Source: Podarcis bocagei
Taxonomy: Eukaryota
Length of the DNA: 64,000 nt
Reading direction: 5' to 3' (one strand)
Assembly: GCA_964188305.1 (NCBI GenBank)
Contig: OZ076886.1
The translations under genes were made by a program, and so were the position numbers. Shown here one piece after another: positions 35,836-48,331 of the stretch (the stretch's first letter is position 1; each line of letters starts with the position of its first letter). The notes below the pieces were generated by a model, which saw only the letters and a program-made list of their open reading frames with translations, was not told where the DNA came from and did not search any database.

Positions 35836-36396
35836 TGGTGGCTCTTTTACTGGTTTACATTTACAACACATTAAGAATGGTTAGATAAGTAGGTACCTTT
35901 CTGGTCTCGTGTTCTGATGTTTACAGTTCCGAGTTTCTCACGTTGCAAATCCTAATGAGGAAAATAGAAAAAATAGTAAGGATCAATAGAGTTGAGCTAA
36001 AAGTTCTATCTCAAACTGTGACGTAGCTCCAGAACTGGGTGAGGGCGGTGAGAGACTTGATTCCTAACCATACTGCTCTTTCCAGCCCTCTGTAAGCCTC
36101 TACCTTTGATCTGGGGTAGACCATTTCAGTATTCTTGCTGGTTAAATGAGATATGGTAATTAATCCCCACAGGGGGTTAGTCACCCTGCTTGGCACCAGC
36201 CAGTCGTTACACAGAAGTGCCTTGCCACTAGAAAGCAGCTTCTTTTATATTAGAGAAACTTACCCAAAGAGCTGGCGTTTAAGACACTTCCCACTTCCTC
36301 TCTAAGGAAGATCTTAGTGTGCCTTCTTAGTGAATGGATTCAGGATTATGGAAAAATGACCATTAATGATGACGATGATGATATCAAGACAAAGAG

Positions 36397-36560
36397 AAGA
36401 ACATAAGAGTCCCTTGGATGAGGCCAGTGACCCATCAAGTCCAACACTCATTCTCAAACTGACCAGCCAGATGCCTATGGGCAGCCTACAAGCAAGACCA
36501 GAGAACAAAAGCACTATCCCTTCCTGCTTTTTCCAGCACCTGGTATTCAGAAGCGTACGA
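36397..36560 (-). mobile_element. CR1 3' tail fragment
   Basis: aagaacataaga...ggatgaggcc...cccatcaagtccaacac...ccagatgcctatggg; reverse complement of the tail seen at 26400-26495. Confidence 0.65.
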
Positions 36561-36707
36561 TACATGTAGCACATAACCATCAAGAAAGAAGAAAAGTGAA
36601 TACAGAAGTTGTGGGACTCAGGTTCTTCCTGACTCCGGCCCGACTCACAGGAATCCTGAGCCGGCTGGGCAACTGTATGTTGCTTCCTTCCCCCAACGAT
36701 GACGACT

Positions 36708-36708
36708 T

Positions 36709-36742
<34 letters not shown>
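36708..36742. repeat. (CTA)n microsatellite
   Basis: Direct reading. Confidence 0.95.
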
Positions 36743-39100
36743 ACATACCAGAAACAGGAGGAGGGGTAAGCAGGTGTCTGTGTTCCTTGGCCCTGGCCTA
36801 CTAACAGGCCCCTGACACTGGTCTAAGATTTAAAATATTAAAATGGTTGCCTAGAGCTTTCAAACAACCTGGAAATACTTTTATTTTATGTACCTCCTAA
36901 AACACACACAAATTGCATTACTTTCTGCCATATGCTGGGAAGCTCTGCCATATGCTGGGAGGTAAATAGATAAAATCTACACCAATTGTTTGTTAGCGGG
37001 TCTTCCTGGAGACACACAAAGCCTTGCCAAGCTTGGCTGGTCACAATATACAGGCTGATCACTGGGGATCACACAAAGATATGACTTCAAAATATAATGG
37101 GCCATAGCCAGTGCTACAGCTCCACTGGTACACTGGAGCGTCCATTCCAATTTCGGGGGGGGGGGGATACAATCGGGATCAGATTTTGGGGTGTGAATGT
37201 GGAGGAGAGGAAGTGGAAGTCCAATTGCACCAGCACATCTACGCATGCAGAACATTAGATGCCTCCCATAGTAGCAATGCCACTTAACACAGGTGGAGTC
37301 CAGAGAGAAAAGTCCTGCTAACACTTTCCTGAAGAAAACTGAATAAAAACAGTATAATTTGAGGAGAAATAAAAAGCTTTTGTCTTTCTTCAGGCCTTGT
37401 TTATAGCAGATGACATTTAGCTAACATACAGATGAAAACTCCTTCAGAACTACACAGCCAATCAGGGCATGTACTATCTCAGTGAGCATCATGCCACTCT
37501 GCCTGGTTGCTAAGCAACACTACCCGTTCCCATCTTGGTTAGGTGACTTCAACACTGACATAATTAAACCTTAAGTTAAATCTGAATGGTCCCTGCTGTT
37601 GCACTTCCAACAAGTATCATAAAATTGGACACTTTCAATAAACTGTTTCTTTAGAGGAGGTTAATTATTGCCACCAATCTCAAGAGAGGTTATTAGGTGA
37701 ACAGTGTTGTGTAAGTATTATCAGCTTTGCAGATATGCACACACAAAGAAATATTTACTAGCCTGGTTGTCAAGTGCTGACTCACATCTATATTAGTCAT
37801 TTATTGTAACACACTGATGTCCTGAAAGGTGGGGGAGCTATCTTTCAGTTTACAACTTCCTTGACTAGCTACCTAGCAGAAGGAAGAGGAGAAAATGAGA
37901 ATGACTTTGCTCACCTGAGTTTGGCAATCTTTATCATGTTTTTGTTAAAAGTTCACAAAGGAAACTGACTCAGCTGTTTTATTAAAGACACCTTTGTCCC
38001 CATGTAATAAATAAGCTGTCTGCAACTGAGTGCAAGAAAAGGATAAATGAGAATTCCCGAAGTGTAGGACATGAGCTTCTCATGTAGATCTGCGGAACCT
38101 ATATTTACTTAATGGCAGACAAATCCAAGGAACCAATCTAGCTCCTGCAGAAGCCAGTGGCAAGATTCTCATGCATTCAACCAGATACAGGGTAAGATCC
38201 AAATGAGAAGGGATGAAAATGCTTGGGGTTTCAAAAGGGATAAAGGGAGCCCTTCAACCTGATAGTTACCTCATCAATAATACTCAGAAACAGACTGTAG
38301 ATCTGGGGTCAAGATAAATTATACAGGGTGCCTCCACTTCTGGGCCTTTAGCCGGTGTTAGAAACTCAGGTATATAAACTATAGGCCTTGGAAACGTATC
38401 AATACAGCTTCAGCTGGCGGTATATCACGGGTCCCTCTGCTACCAGCACCACTTTCAACATCTGTCTGCTGGTAGCAGAGGGACTTGGGAGCAGCGGTAG
38501 TTTCACCTGTGATATATTGCCAGGTGAAACCACTATCATTCTGCCCCTCATACTGTAGAGGGAGGAGCAAGCTGTATCGCTGGGCTGATGCAGCTTAGTC
38601 CTCCCTTGGCTTCTTTAAACTGCTTCCCCGCCCAGTTGAACCATGGAAAGGAGCCCCAACGCTCCTCCCACTTGCCCACCAGCAAGGGGTGCACTGGGGC
38701 TAGCTCAGCTGGGGATTGGGAGCCCTTCTGCACCCCAGCTAAGCCATGCAAACAAGCTGTGTTGTCCCAGCCCACGAGGCGCTGAGGTGAAACCGCCTCA
38801 GCTCCTGCAGTTTCACCGGCACCTCGAGAGCTGAGGCCAATGTAGCTTGTTTTTTCAGCATTGCAGAATACTGCTAGACCATGATGTTTAGCTGGTGATA
38901 ACACCACAATGTTGAAAAGCTGATTATTGCCCAGCCCGAAAAAGCTAATCACCAAATGGCACCTTAACCCTAGGTTATGGTTGCGACAATGGAATGTCTA
39001 GGCGCCTTTTTTCTGGTGGAATTTACTATTATTGTTGATCATTTCTATAATGCTTTATATTTTAATGAATGAATCTCAAAGTGGTTTATTATACATTAAA

Positions 39101-39283
39101 AATCAAATAAAACAATCCAGAAAAAAACAAATTCAAGCTTCAAGGAAAGTATTTCAGATCCTTCTCTAAGTGACATTTTGCTTTCCCCAATCACCAACCT
39201 GGCATCCAGAGATCTTCAAGTGGTCGCAAGTGGACCCTTGCCTGTCGCAAAATGCATCTGTCGCCTGGCTAGTTTGTAACACT
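39101..39283. repeat. Dispersed repeat copy 1 (copy 2 at 45641-45818), probable DNA transposon end
   Basis: Near-identical ~180-bp direct copies ending ctggctagttt(g/c)taacact. Confidence 0.85.
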
Positions 39284-39576
39284 CCCTTTAGCTACCCACA
39301 TTCACTGTTTGCACAAAACAAATACATCATGAATACATAGAGATCAACAATAAAAAGAGAAAGAAACTGCATGGGAATAAAATGAGACAGAAAGTGAATT
39401 GACATTGTCAAAGACAGGCCTAGTTAAGAGATCAGAACAAACCGCCACAGAATTTAGGTATAAGGAAGCCTGAGAATAACCTATGCACATTGACAGCTCT
39501 GTCAATTCACACTACATTGAGGCCTTCTTACATAAGTCAAAGCATGCCCCAATTACATTTCAGCTTTGCGTGGTGC

Positions 39577-39578
<2 letters not shown>

Positions 39579-39614
<36 letters not shown>
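39579..39614. repeat. (AAT)n microsatellite
   Basis: Direct reading. Confidence 0.95.
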
Positions 39615-39615
<1 letters not shown>

Positions 39616-39826
39616 GCATGATAACTTCTCTGCACATAATAGACAGGACAAGCACAATGGAAATAATAGCTGTGCCTTCACTCCCTTTTTAAATATACAC
39701 AGCTGTGTGCTTCAGAGGGTGTGAACAGCTTCCAAAGTGAAAAAACAAACTAGATTAACAGTATAATCCTGTGTATCTTTACTCAGAAGCAAATCCCACT
39801 GTGTTCAGTACAGGTTATGTCTAAGT

Positions 39827-40005
39827 CAGGCATGTCCAAAGTCTGTTTCAGGGGCCTAATCCAGCCCGCCAGTCGGTTTAATCCCGCCCCTGTGGCAGTT
39901 TATTTCCTGGGGTAAAATCACCTCAACAACTTCAGTCCTAAAAAAAGCTCAACAACTTCACTTTCATCAAATCTGGCCCTCTTTGAAAAAAGCTGGACAC
40001 CATTG
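39827..40005. mobile_element. hAT (Charlie-type) MITE
   Basis: caggcatgtcca / tggacaccattg ends; TSD GTCTAAGT/GTCTAAGC. Confidence 0.8.
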
Positions 40006-40956
40006 GTCTAAGCAGACTAAACTTTTTTAAAAAAACCGTTTACTGTTTTGGGTCACTTTGAGTCAAAAAGCAGTATGCAGATAAACAACAATATTATTGG
40101 CAAAATGGTAGTTAATTATCATAATGGGATGACAGCAGCTTTGATAGTGTTTGCAAGAATGAAAGAAAAGGGGTATGTGTTTGATTTGTACTATTGCAAT
40201 AGCTCTTCTACAGAAGACCACAAACCTACAGAAGACTATTCAGAAAAATATAATAAAACTTTGAAAAAGACCAAAATAATGCAGACATGTATTTGTGGAA
40301 TGGTGTTTGTAGTGTAGCTGATACTATTAGTGCTTTGGAATTTCAACTACCCTTCCTGATCCTGCCAAACATACACACAAAACATACAGGTTTGAAAACT
40401 GTGTGTAATCAATGAAAAACGTACAGAACTGATCTCATCCAAAAACTCCTGGAGACAAGCTTGCTCAAACCATTAGTAAGTCAATTGTTTGGACACACAT
40501 TACAAAGAAAGATGCATGTCCCATGTGCCTAGACATCTGTGTGCAACTCTGAAGTCTGTTGCACTACACAAATAAAAATAAGAGACACGACATTCAATTG
40601 CCTACAATATTTTTGTGGATTCAAAGTATGTGGTCAAGAGAGCAGGGTGCCACTGAAACAAGTCCCAGATAAAAGATAATTGCAAAAATATTTTCTCATA
40701 CCAGCTGTTGAGTATTTTGTTAATGCTAGTAACTGAGGTCTATAAAGAACTTGAGTGGAATTAATCCACAATCAAGTTTGCAACCAATAAGCATTCATAA
40801 TTAGGCCCATCGTTTCTTTCATTTCACTGGATCACAATTCCACTTTAAATTAGGACTGTATTGTGATGACTAAAACACTGGAAGAAGAGATGCTAAATCA
40901 GAAGGATGTGGACTGCAGAGCTGTTTGCACACCACATAGACTAACAAAGCATCTAA

Positions 40957-41076
40957 GGGTGGTATCCAATGCTAGTCCTACTCAGAGTAGACCAATTCAA
41001 GTTAACAGACATGACTAATGCAGGTTTTTCACTTTTAATGGGTCTATTCTGAGAGGGACTTCTTTGGATACAACCC
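40957..41076. mobile_element. Palindromic MITE, PIF/Harbinger-like
   Basis: TIR gggtggtatccaa / ttggatacaaccc; inner ctcagagtagacc / ggtctattctgag; 3-bp flanks TAA/TCA. Confidence 0.7.
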
Positions 41077-43129
41077 TCACTAATATTACTTTATGATTAC
41101 ATGCTGAAGGAAATGCAAATTCAAAATGAGAAAAAAAATATTGAATTCAAGGACACCGTGATAAAACCACATTTTGAAGTCCACACACTTGTCAGCCACG
41201 CATGACACTTTACTGAGATAATGAAACAAGGTGTGTTGAACATTCGAAGAGTGCTAGGCAAATGTTATGAATTATGACGTCAGCCCCAGCGCACACTTTA
41301 ATCCTATACAACACTGGCTGCTGTAGGGTATGTCACACACAAGATAGAATATTTGCTATGACAGAAAATATCGCCACTTTTCTCCTGTTGTGTGAGAAGA
41401 CATTATCTCCCCATAGAGGAACACGCCATAGTCAAGAGATATGCAAAGACCTCAATATGTGGGGCTTGCTACTTGGTAGCATCCTGGCTTATCCAGTCCT
41501 TGGAGAAACAATGAAGAAAAACTGGTTTCTTAGCTGAGTCTTTTGCAGCAAAAACCACAAAGAGTACTGTATTATGGCAGATTAACTTCTGCAGACAAAA
41601 TGGGCTCTGGCCCACAATTCTGTCCATCTTACACTTTGCTGATTTCTGTTTATGTCACATGTATTGCTGTGTGTTTCTAGACACTAAAGAACAAAGTCGT
41701 GTATCACTTTTGCTACTGACCAGACTCCATGTTTGTAAGAAAGTAAGCAGGAGGCTTTGTACTTTTGCGCCTATGCCTTTGCATTCTCTACCTAGAGAGC
41801 CTTCCATCTCTTCTTACAAGCAACTTTACTAGTTATCTCATGAAGGGTTTACCTCACACATACTTGGGAAACAAAGTTCTACACTCCATTTTGCATTGTT
41901 GGCACACAAACTTTTTAGTAATTATTACATCCACCAGCGAATTCCTTCATGAGAAATAGAGGGTGGCATATTGGAATACAAAATAGCTTTAAGAAACTTA
42001 AACAGAAACTACATATTGCAAAACAGAAATGGGGTTCCTATGTTTACCTCATAACACTAATACAGGAGAAGGGAGAATCAGAGAGGGTGTTTCACCTTTT
42101 CTTCTGTAACCTAATGCTCCATTGCAACCCCCTCCCCAAAAAAATTTCTCCCAGTCAGCTTTGACATCACACATAAACTGAAGGGGGAAGAGTTGCAGGG
42201 AGAATTTATAGTTGGGGGAAGGGTTAAGCAACCCTATCCTGTCCACCATTCCTTCCATTCCTATGTTTACTAGGTTAGCTTGTACTTCTGTCCTCAGTTA
42301 CTTTGCTATAAATAAATGAGGGTTTTTTTAATTTAAAAAAATAAGTTGTCTAGTTATCCTGAATTGGTAACATTGCTCTAACTACTATGAATGATATGAA
42401 ATGGAAAATTATAACAGCAAATGTTCCTGAAATTAAACACATACATTGCAGTCATTGTAAAGTGTCCTGTTCATTTCTGTAGCAGAAACATGATTAACTC
42501 TCCCACTTGTACGATGTCCAGTCCAATTCTATGCATGTCTACAGAAGCATATCCAAATGAATGGAGTCTATAGGACAGTAGCCCTAAGTGCCTGAACTTG
42601 GCTGGATAGTGCCCAGCTTTTTTCAAAATTAAACTCTGAATGTAACAAAGTGCAGGCTGTAACTGTACTTGGCTGAGCCTTGCATAACCACCACAAATTG
42701 AAATGTCGCTGTAAGGGGCATCTATTTAAAAAGGGGAATATCCCTATGGAAACTTCATCACACAGAGGATGTAACAGCAGAAAATCAATTCTGGGCCTCA
42801 TTTCCCACACCATTCTGAATCCCTCCCAATTTTCTCATGACAAATAGAAAGGGTATATCAGAGCTTTGAACTAACCCTCTCTGAAGCCAGAACCTGTTTA
42901 TAGCTTCATCCTCTGCAGGTTTACACTGAACTACAGTATGTCTTCGCGAGTTCAGTTCGGCTGACTACCAAGTGTGCACAGCTTTACTTTTTCAGAAGCG
43001 CAGACGTGCTAAAGGCAGGATTCACCAGCAAAGCATTGGAAATTCACAGCTGTAGCTGTGCATTTAATAAAAAGTCCTGCAACCTTTGGCTTCGTTTCTC
43101 GTTCTCACCCTTTCCACGAAATGCATACT

Positions 43130-44300
43130 GCCTTTTACTCGCCAGGGCGGCGCCATTAAACCAAGCGGAATGGATTTCACTTGCGACTAAAAATGCTGAG
43201 GCGAGGGCTGCGCCCCTCCGCCAACCCCGCACCCAGGAGGGCGGGCTCCCTATTCCTGCAGGCACGTGCCAATGATTTCGGTCCTTTGCCAAGCACAAGT
43301 TACTGTGACGAGGCAAAGCAAACAGGAGGAGGAGATCCTGCGGGTGACGCCGCCATTCCGCCCAGCGGCCTGACTAGCTTCCTCATCTGCTCGCCAACGA
43401 CCACTGCGCTTTGAGCCGCAAGAGCCGCGCCCTGCCCCGCCGCGCTCTTTCCTCGCAGCCGGGACGCCTCCTAAGCCCCCGCCTCTCAGGTGCCTCTTTG
43501 TCCCGTCCCGCCCGCACTCCCGCGCTTCCCTGCGCAGACCCCGCATCCCGATGCATGCTGGGATTCGTAGCCAGCGCCCGCCGCGCGCGAGGGCCGAGCC
43601 TCCATTTCCCGGCGGGCCCCGCGCAGCTCATAGAACAGCCACGCGTGCGCAGCCGTGCTGTTTGTTTGCGTCTGAGCGGAGCCCTTCCGAGGAGCGGAGT
43701 GCTGGCCTGGAAGAGGGAAGTGGCGGCGAGAAGGCTCCTGGGAGTCGGCCTCAACCAGAGCGGCCGAGGCTCCGGCTTCCGGCGGCGAGCAGGCCGAAGC
43801 GAGGCCTTCCCTGAGCGGCCCCCGCCCCCGCCGGCGGGCTGAATGGGGCTTGCGAGGGGCTCGGCTGCGGGAGGGAGCGAGCTGCGCCTCCGCTTTGGCC
43901 GTCCCGTGAGCTCCGGAGCGAGCGCCTCTCTCGCTCCGCTCCGCTAAGGGGGCCGCCCTCGACTGGGCCGCGCGAGGGTGCTGCGAGGAGAGGGTGCAGC
44001 GGTCCCCGCTCGGAAGCAAAGGAAAGTGGGGCGCGGCGGTTGCTGGTTTTTCCCATTTGGGACGAGGCCGGATAAAAGGAGAACGCCTTTCCTTCCTCCT
44101 CCTCCTCCATACAGAGCGGCCTGTGGCTTAATCAGCTGTCGCCTCCGTTTGGGCGATCCGTGGAAGGCGGCGATGGAATCGACCGCGAATCCGTGCTAAA
44201 GAAAAGAAGGGATTTTCCGGGCCACCAACAACGCCTTAACGCCTCGCCCCTAAAGCGAAGACTCTTGGACCTCGGACCCTGACGCGTGGGGCAGGGCTTG
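43130..44300 (+). promoter_or_regulatory. CpG-island promoter and 5'UTR of TMEM115
   Basis: Sharp GC/CpG enrichment; GC boxes (ccccgccccc ~43819), ETS cores (ggaagtg ~43716, cttccgg ~43776), YY1-like gccgccatt (~43348). Confidence 0.88.
44173..44199 (+). promoter_or_regulatory. Candidate uORF (MESTANPC*) in the TMEM115 leader
   Basis: ggcggcgATGG strong Kozak context; stop lies 112 nt before the main ATG. Confidence 0.5.
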
Positions 44301-44311
44301 TGGGTATAAAG

Positions 44312-45165
44312 ATGAACAGATACCTCCCAGTAGCTCGGCAACACTTCTTGGCTGCTCTGGCCAGCACCAGTGTCGTGGTGAAGTCCATATGTGCCATCGT
44401 CATCTTGCTCTACTTTCTCTCCTTTGCTGTGGACACTGTGTATGGGCTCGGGGTGACGCCTGGGTTTCTCTTCCCACCCAACTTTTGGATTTGGACATTA
44501 GCAACCCACAGTGTGGTGGAACAACACATCTGGGATGTAGGTGTGAGCCTGGCTACTATAGTGGTGGCAGGGAGGCTGCTGGAGCCGCTATGGGGAGCCC
44601 TGGAGCTCTTGATCTTCTTTGCAGTGGTGAATGTATCAGTGGGGCTCTTGGGGGCCTTTGCTTATCTTCTCACCTATATGGCATCATTCAATCTGTCTTA
44701 CCTGTTTACCGTTCGCATCTATGGCATGCTGGGCTTCCTTGGTGGGGTCTTGGTGGCTCTCAAACAGACCATGGGTGACAGTACTGTCTTGAAGGTACCT
44801 CAGGTGCGGATGAAGGTTGTTCCCATGCTTTTGCTCCTGATCCTGGCAGTTCTGAGATTGACCACCCTCATCGAAAGCAATGTCTTGGCCTCTTACGGTT
44901 TTGGAGTCCTCTCCAGTTGGATATATCTCCGTTTTTACCAGAGGCACAGCCGAGGACGTGGTGATATGTCAGACCACTTTGCATTTGCCACATTTTTCCC
45001 TGAGATCCTACAACCAGTGGTTGGCTTGCTAGCCAACCTTGTGCACAGCGTCTTGGTCAAAGTGAAAGTCTGTCGAAAAACAGTGAAACGTTATGATGTT
45101 GGTGCCCCTTCATCTATTACTATCAGCTTACCAGGAACAGATCCTCAGGATGCTGAACGGAGAAG
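44312..45165 (+). CDS. TMEM115: Transmembrane protein 115 (Golgi rhomboid-like pseudoprotease), exon 1
   Basis: MNRYLPVARQHFLAALASTSVVVKS...PPNFWIWTL...GRLLEPLWGALELLIFF...YLRFYQRHSRGRGDMSDHFAFATFFPE...SLPGTDPQDAERR; gtaata donor. Confidence 0.97.
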
Positions 45166-45416
45166 GTAATATTCCTGCAATATAAAACTTTTTGGAGACT
45201 ACTTATGTTCACTGTTGAACATTGGTGAGAAGGAAATGGAGGAAGTCATCTAATTCAATATTTTAAAAGTGTCTTCTATATTGCTGGTACTCCATTTGTG
45301 CCTATCAGGATCTTTTAAAAAAATCAAAATCTGGGGATTCAAGATTTTTTGAAGCTCAGTGTGCTTGTTCTGTCTTTGTATAGGAGTAGCCCAGTTATAG
45401 TCAGCAGGCTGATGTA

Positions 45417-45635
45417 CAGTGGTACCTCAGGTTACATACGCTTCAGGTTATATACGCTTCAAGTTACAGACTCCACTAACCCAAAAATAGTACCTCAGGT
45501 TAAAAACTTTGCTTCAGGATGAGAACAGAAATCGTGCTCTGGCGGTGCGGCAGGAGGCCCCATTAGCTAAAGTGATGCTTCAGGTTAAGAACGGACCTCC
45601 TGAACGAATTAAGTACTTAACCCGTGGTACCACTG
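45417..45635 (+). mobile_element. Tigger-like MITE (same family as 25195-25420)
   Basis: cagtggtacctcaggtta / taacccgtggtaccactg, TA TSD. Confidence 0.92.
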
Positions 45636-46101
45636 TATAACATCAAACAAAACAATCCAGAATAAAACAAATTCAAGCTTCAAGGAAAATATTTCAGGTC
45701 CTTCTCTAAGTGACATTTTGCTTTCCCCAATCACCAGCCTGGCATCCAGAGATCTCCACGTGGTCGCAAGTGGACCCAAGCCAAGATGAACCTGTTACCT
45801 GGCTAGTTTCTAACACTGTTTGTGGTGTATTTTCAGATTTTCTAAAATCTGCTACAGACAACCCCTGCATTTCCACAGCACCATGTTGTTTCTGCAATAT
45901 GTAAAAGGGAGACAAGTATGCAAGTACATGGGGGAAACTAAACATTGGGACCTCAAACTATCAACGTGTTCATGTTTCCCATCTGTTTGCATACATATCT
46001 GAAGTGACATGAAGGAATTGTACCAGACAAGTGTTCCCTGCAGGGACAGCCCAGCACGTACTGTTTGCTGAATCACTGGGTGCAGAAGGACTTACTAAGT
46101 A

Positions 46102-46334
46102 CAGTGGTACCTTGGGTTAAGTACTTAATTCGTTCCGGAGGTCCGTTCTTAACCTGAAACTGTTCTTAACCTGAAGACCACTTTAGCCTATGGGGCCTCC
46201 TGCTGCCGCCGGAGCACGATTTCCGTTCTCATCCTGAAGCAAAGTTCTTAACCCAAAGTACTATTTCTGGGTTAGCAGAGTCTGTAACCTGAAGTGTATG
46301 TAACCTGAAGCGTATGTAACCCGAGGTACCACAG
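46102..46334 (-). mobile_element. Tigger-like MITE, inverted copy
   Basis: cagtggtaccttgggttaag / taacccgaggtaccacag, TA TSD; body is the reverse complement of 45417-45635. Confidence 0.92.
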
Positions 46335-48331
46335 TAATGTGTAGTAAACTGCTTTGCATTTCATTCTTTAGAATATAAAGCAGTATAGAAATTTAAGTAA
46401 TAATAATAGTAATAAATTCAACAGGGGGAAAGGAGCCTAGACATTCCATTGTGGTGCCCGTAACCTACATTTATATGTCAAAATCCTAACACTGACTGCA
46501 AATACACTAAAGAGTTAAGACCCATGAAGAGAAGTTGCATTAATTTTTTATTTGTGCACAGAATCCATACAAAAACATTTAATCCATCCAAACACTTGTT
46601 TAAAAAACAAGCAAAAATCTTTAAAAAGTCAAGACTATTAATATTTAGTTGTTATAATAAGTATATTAATGAATATTTAGATGCTCTTCTAGTAAACGTA
46701 GGTGTAATTAAGGAGTATGAGAATAGCACTGCTTCTGAAATAAAAACAATACAATTTACTCCTGTGTCAAACTGAAGAGCTTAGCAGTGCAGTTCTGAGT
46801 TTCTACATTTACCTGGGAGTAAGTCCCGCCACAGGATTGCAGCAAGCTTGTCCTTTGCCAGTGGTGCTGCATATTGACACTTAAAGCTTAGTTCAGTTGT
46901 AGTCATGTTTTTGTAGTCACACTAACTCCAATAACGTTTCTTTAAAAAAGAAATTCTAAGAACTGTTTTTGGTTCATAAACAACCAAAAACTTTTCTTTG
47001 CAAACTATCTAGTTAAACACTGCCAATGAGTATCCAACTTAAAATCTTATTGTGCTTTTCACAGATTACTGGCATACATTTTTAAAAATGCAAAAGTGTA
47101 TGTATACTTTTTCTTGCTTCAGTCCTGTTTGAAGACTGTAGTAATCCAGTATTTTAGTAGTCTAAAGCAAGTCAGCAATTTCAGTAATTGCCACACCTAT
47201 ATATGTCTCTTGCTTTTAACTTAGTTTCGCATTTCCAAATGAAAGAGCTGAAAGAATCTGATGATGAAAGTCATTATTGTGCACTTTACACCATCAAAAT
47301 GCAGAACTCTGAATGCCTGGAGCAAATTGAATGATTAAGTCAAGTTGTCAGGCAGTTAATAGCACTATGTGTGTAGATATAACTGTGCAGTGTGTTCCAC
47401 TAATACAGCTTTCAGCAGTGTTCAGCTCTGAAACATTTTTAACAAAGCTAGGTGTGATTTTTAACTGTATTGCCTAAAATATAGGTGTTAAAATCACCTA
47501 GTACAACACTGTGCTAATGCCCATTTGAGCCAACTATTGTCCCAATTACATATGCAGAAGATCTATTGTGTCTTTTAAAGGGTTGCCAGCTTTTTTCAGC
47601 TTAGGAGAAGCTTATCCCACATGTCCCAATGGCATGCTTAGAGCTCTGCTTGGCACAAAGGAAGCCTTGCTCGCACAGGAGCTCCAGGCAGAATGGATAT
47701 GACAAATCCCTTACTATTTTCTTCTAGGAAGGCAAAGAGTCCACATGTATTCACTTTGTGCTAGTAAAATATTCACCTCATGAATGGGAATATTCTGAAA
47801 GATAGGGATGCTCCAAATATTGTTGGCCTCAAACTCTCCATCAGCACCCCCAGCCAGCATGGCCAGTGCTCAGGAATGATGGACACTGCAGGTCAGCAAT
47901 CCCTGGAGGGCCCAAGGTTAGCCACCCCTGTTTTTTAGGTGTTCAGCATGCATATTGGAACAATTGAATGATCACTATTTGATTATGATGAGCAATTTGG
48001 TGCAGATCTAAATAATTATTTGATTGTATCAAAGGCAGAAGTAGATAGGACCCAGCAACAGACTACCTCTTCTCTGAATATCAAGGTTATCTCTGAATAT
48101 CAAGGTTAAGTGCTGGTACATATGAGAACTTGTAGCTGTACATATGCTGGTAGAATCCAGCTCCTGTCAGCCCCAAACAGCATGACTAATGGACAGGGGT
48201 GACAGAATTTAGAGGCCAGTGACATCTGGAGGTCACAGGTTCCTCATGCCTTTGAAGGTTATCAGAATAGCTGAATGTAGCCTTGAATGCTGTTTTTAGG
48301 TGAAAATGAGGAAATACAACATTTCTAAAAT

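Noticed and set aside
36610-36818. Second solo LTR (tgtggg...cctgaca around the CTA repeat)
   Set aside because: One end resembles the 10960 LTR terminus, but there is no TSD; at best a truncated fragment.
43006-44199. Cluster of overlapping ORFs upstream of TMEM115
   Set aside because: Typical CpG-island artefacts in several frames, with no recognisable protein.
44304-44310. TATAAA as the TMEM115 TATA box
   Set aside because: It lies 2 nt before the start codon, so it cannot position a TSS upstream of the ATG.
44300-44311. N-terminal extension MGIK from the ORF track
   Set aside because: It uses a GTG start; the conserved protein begins at the ATG at 44312.
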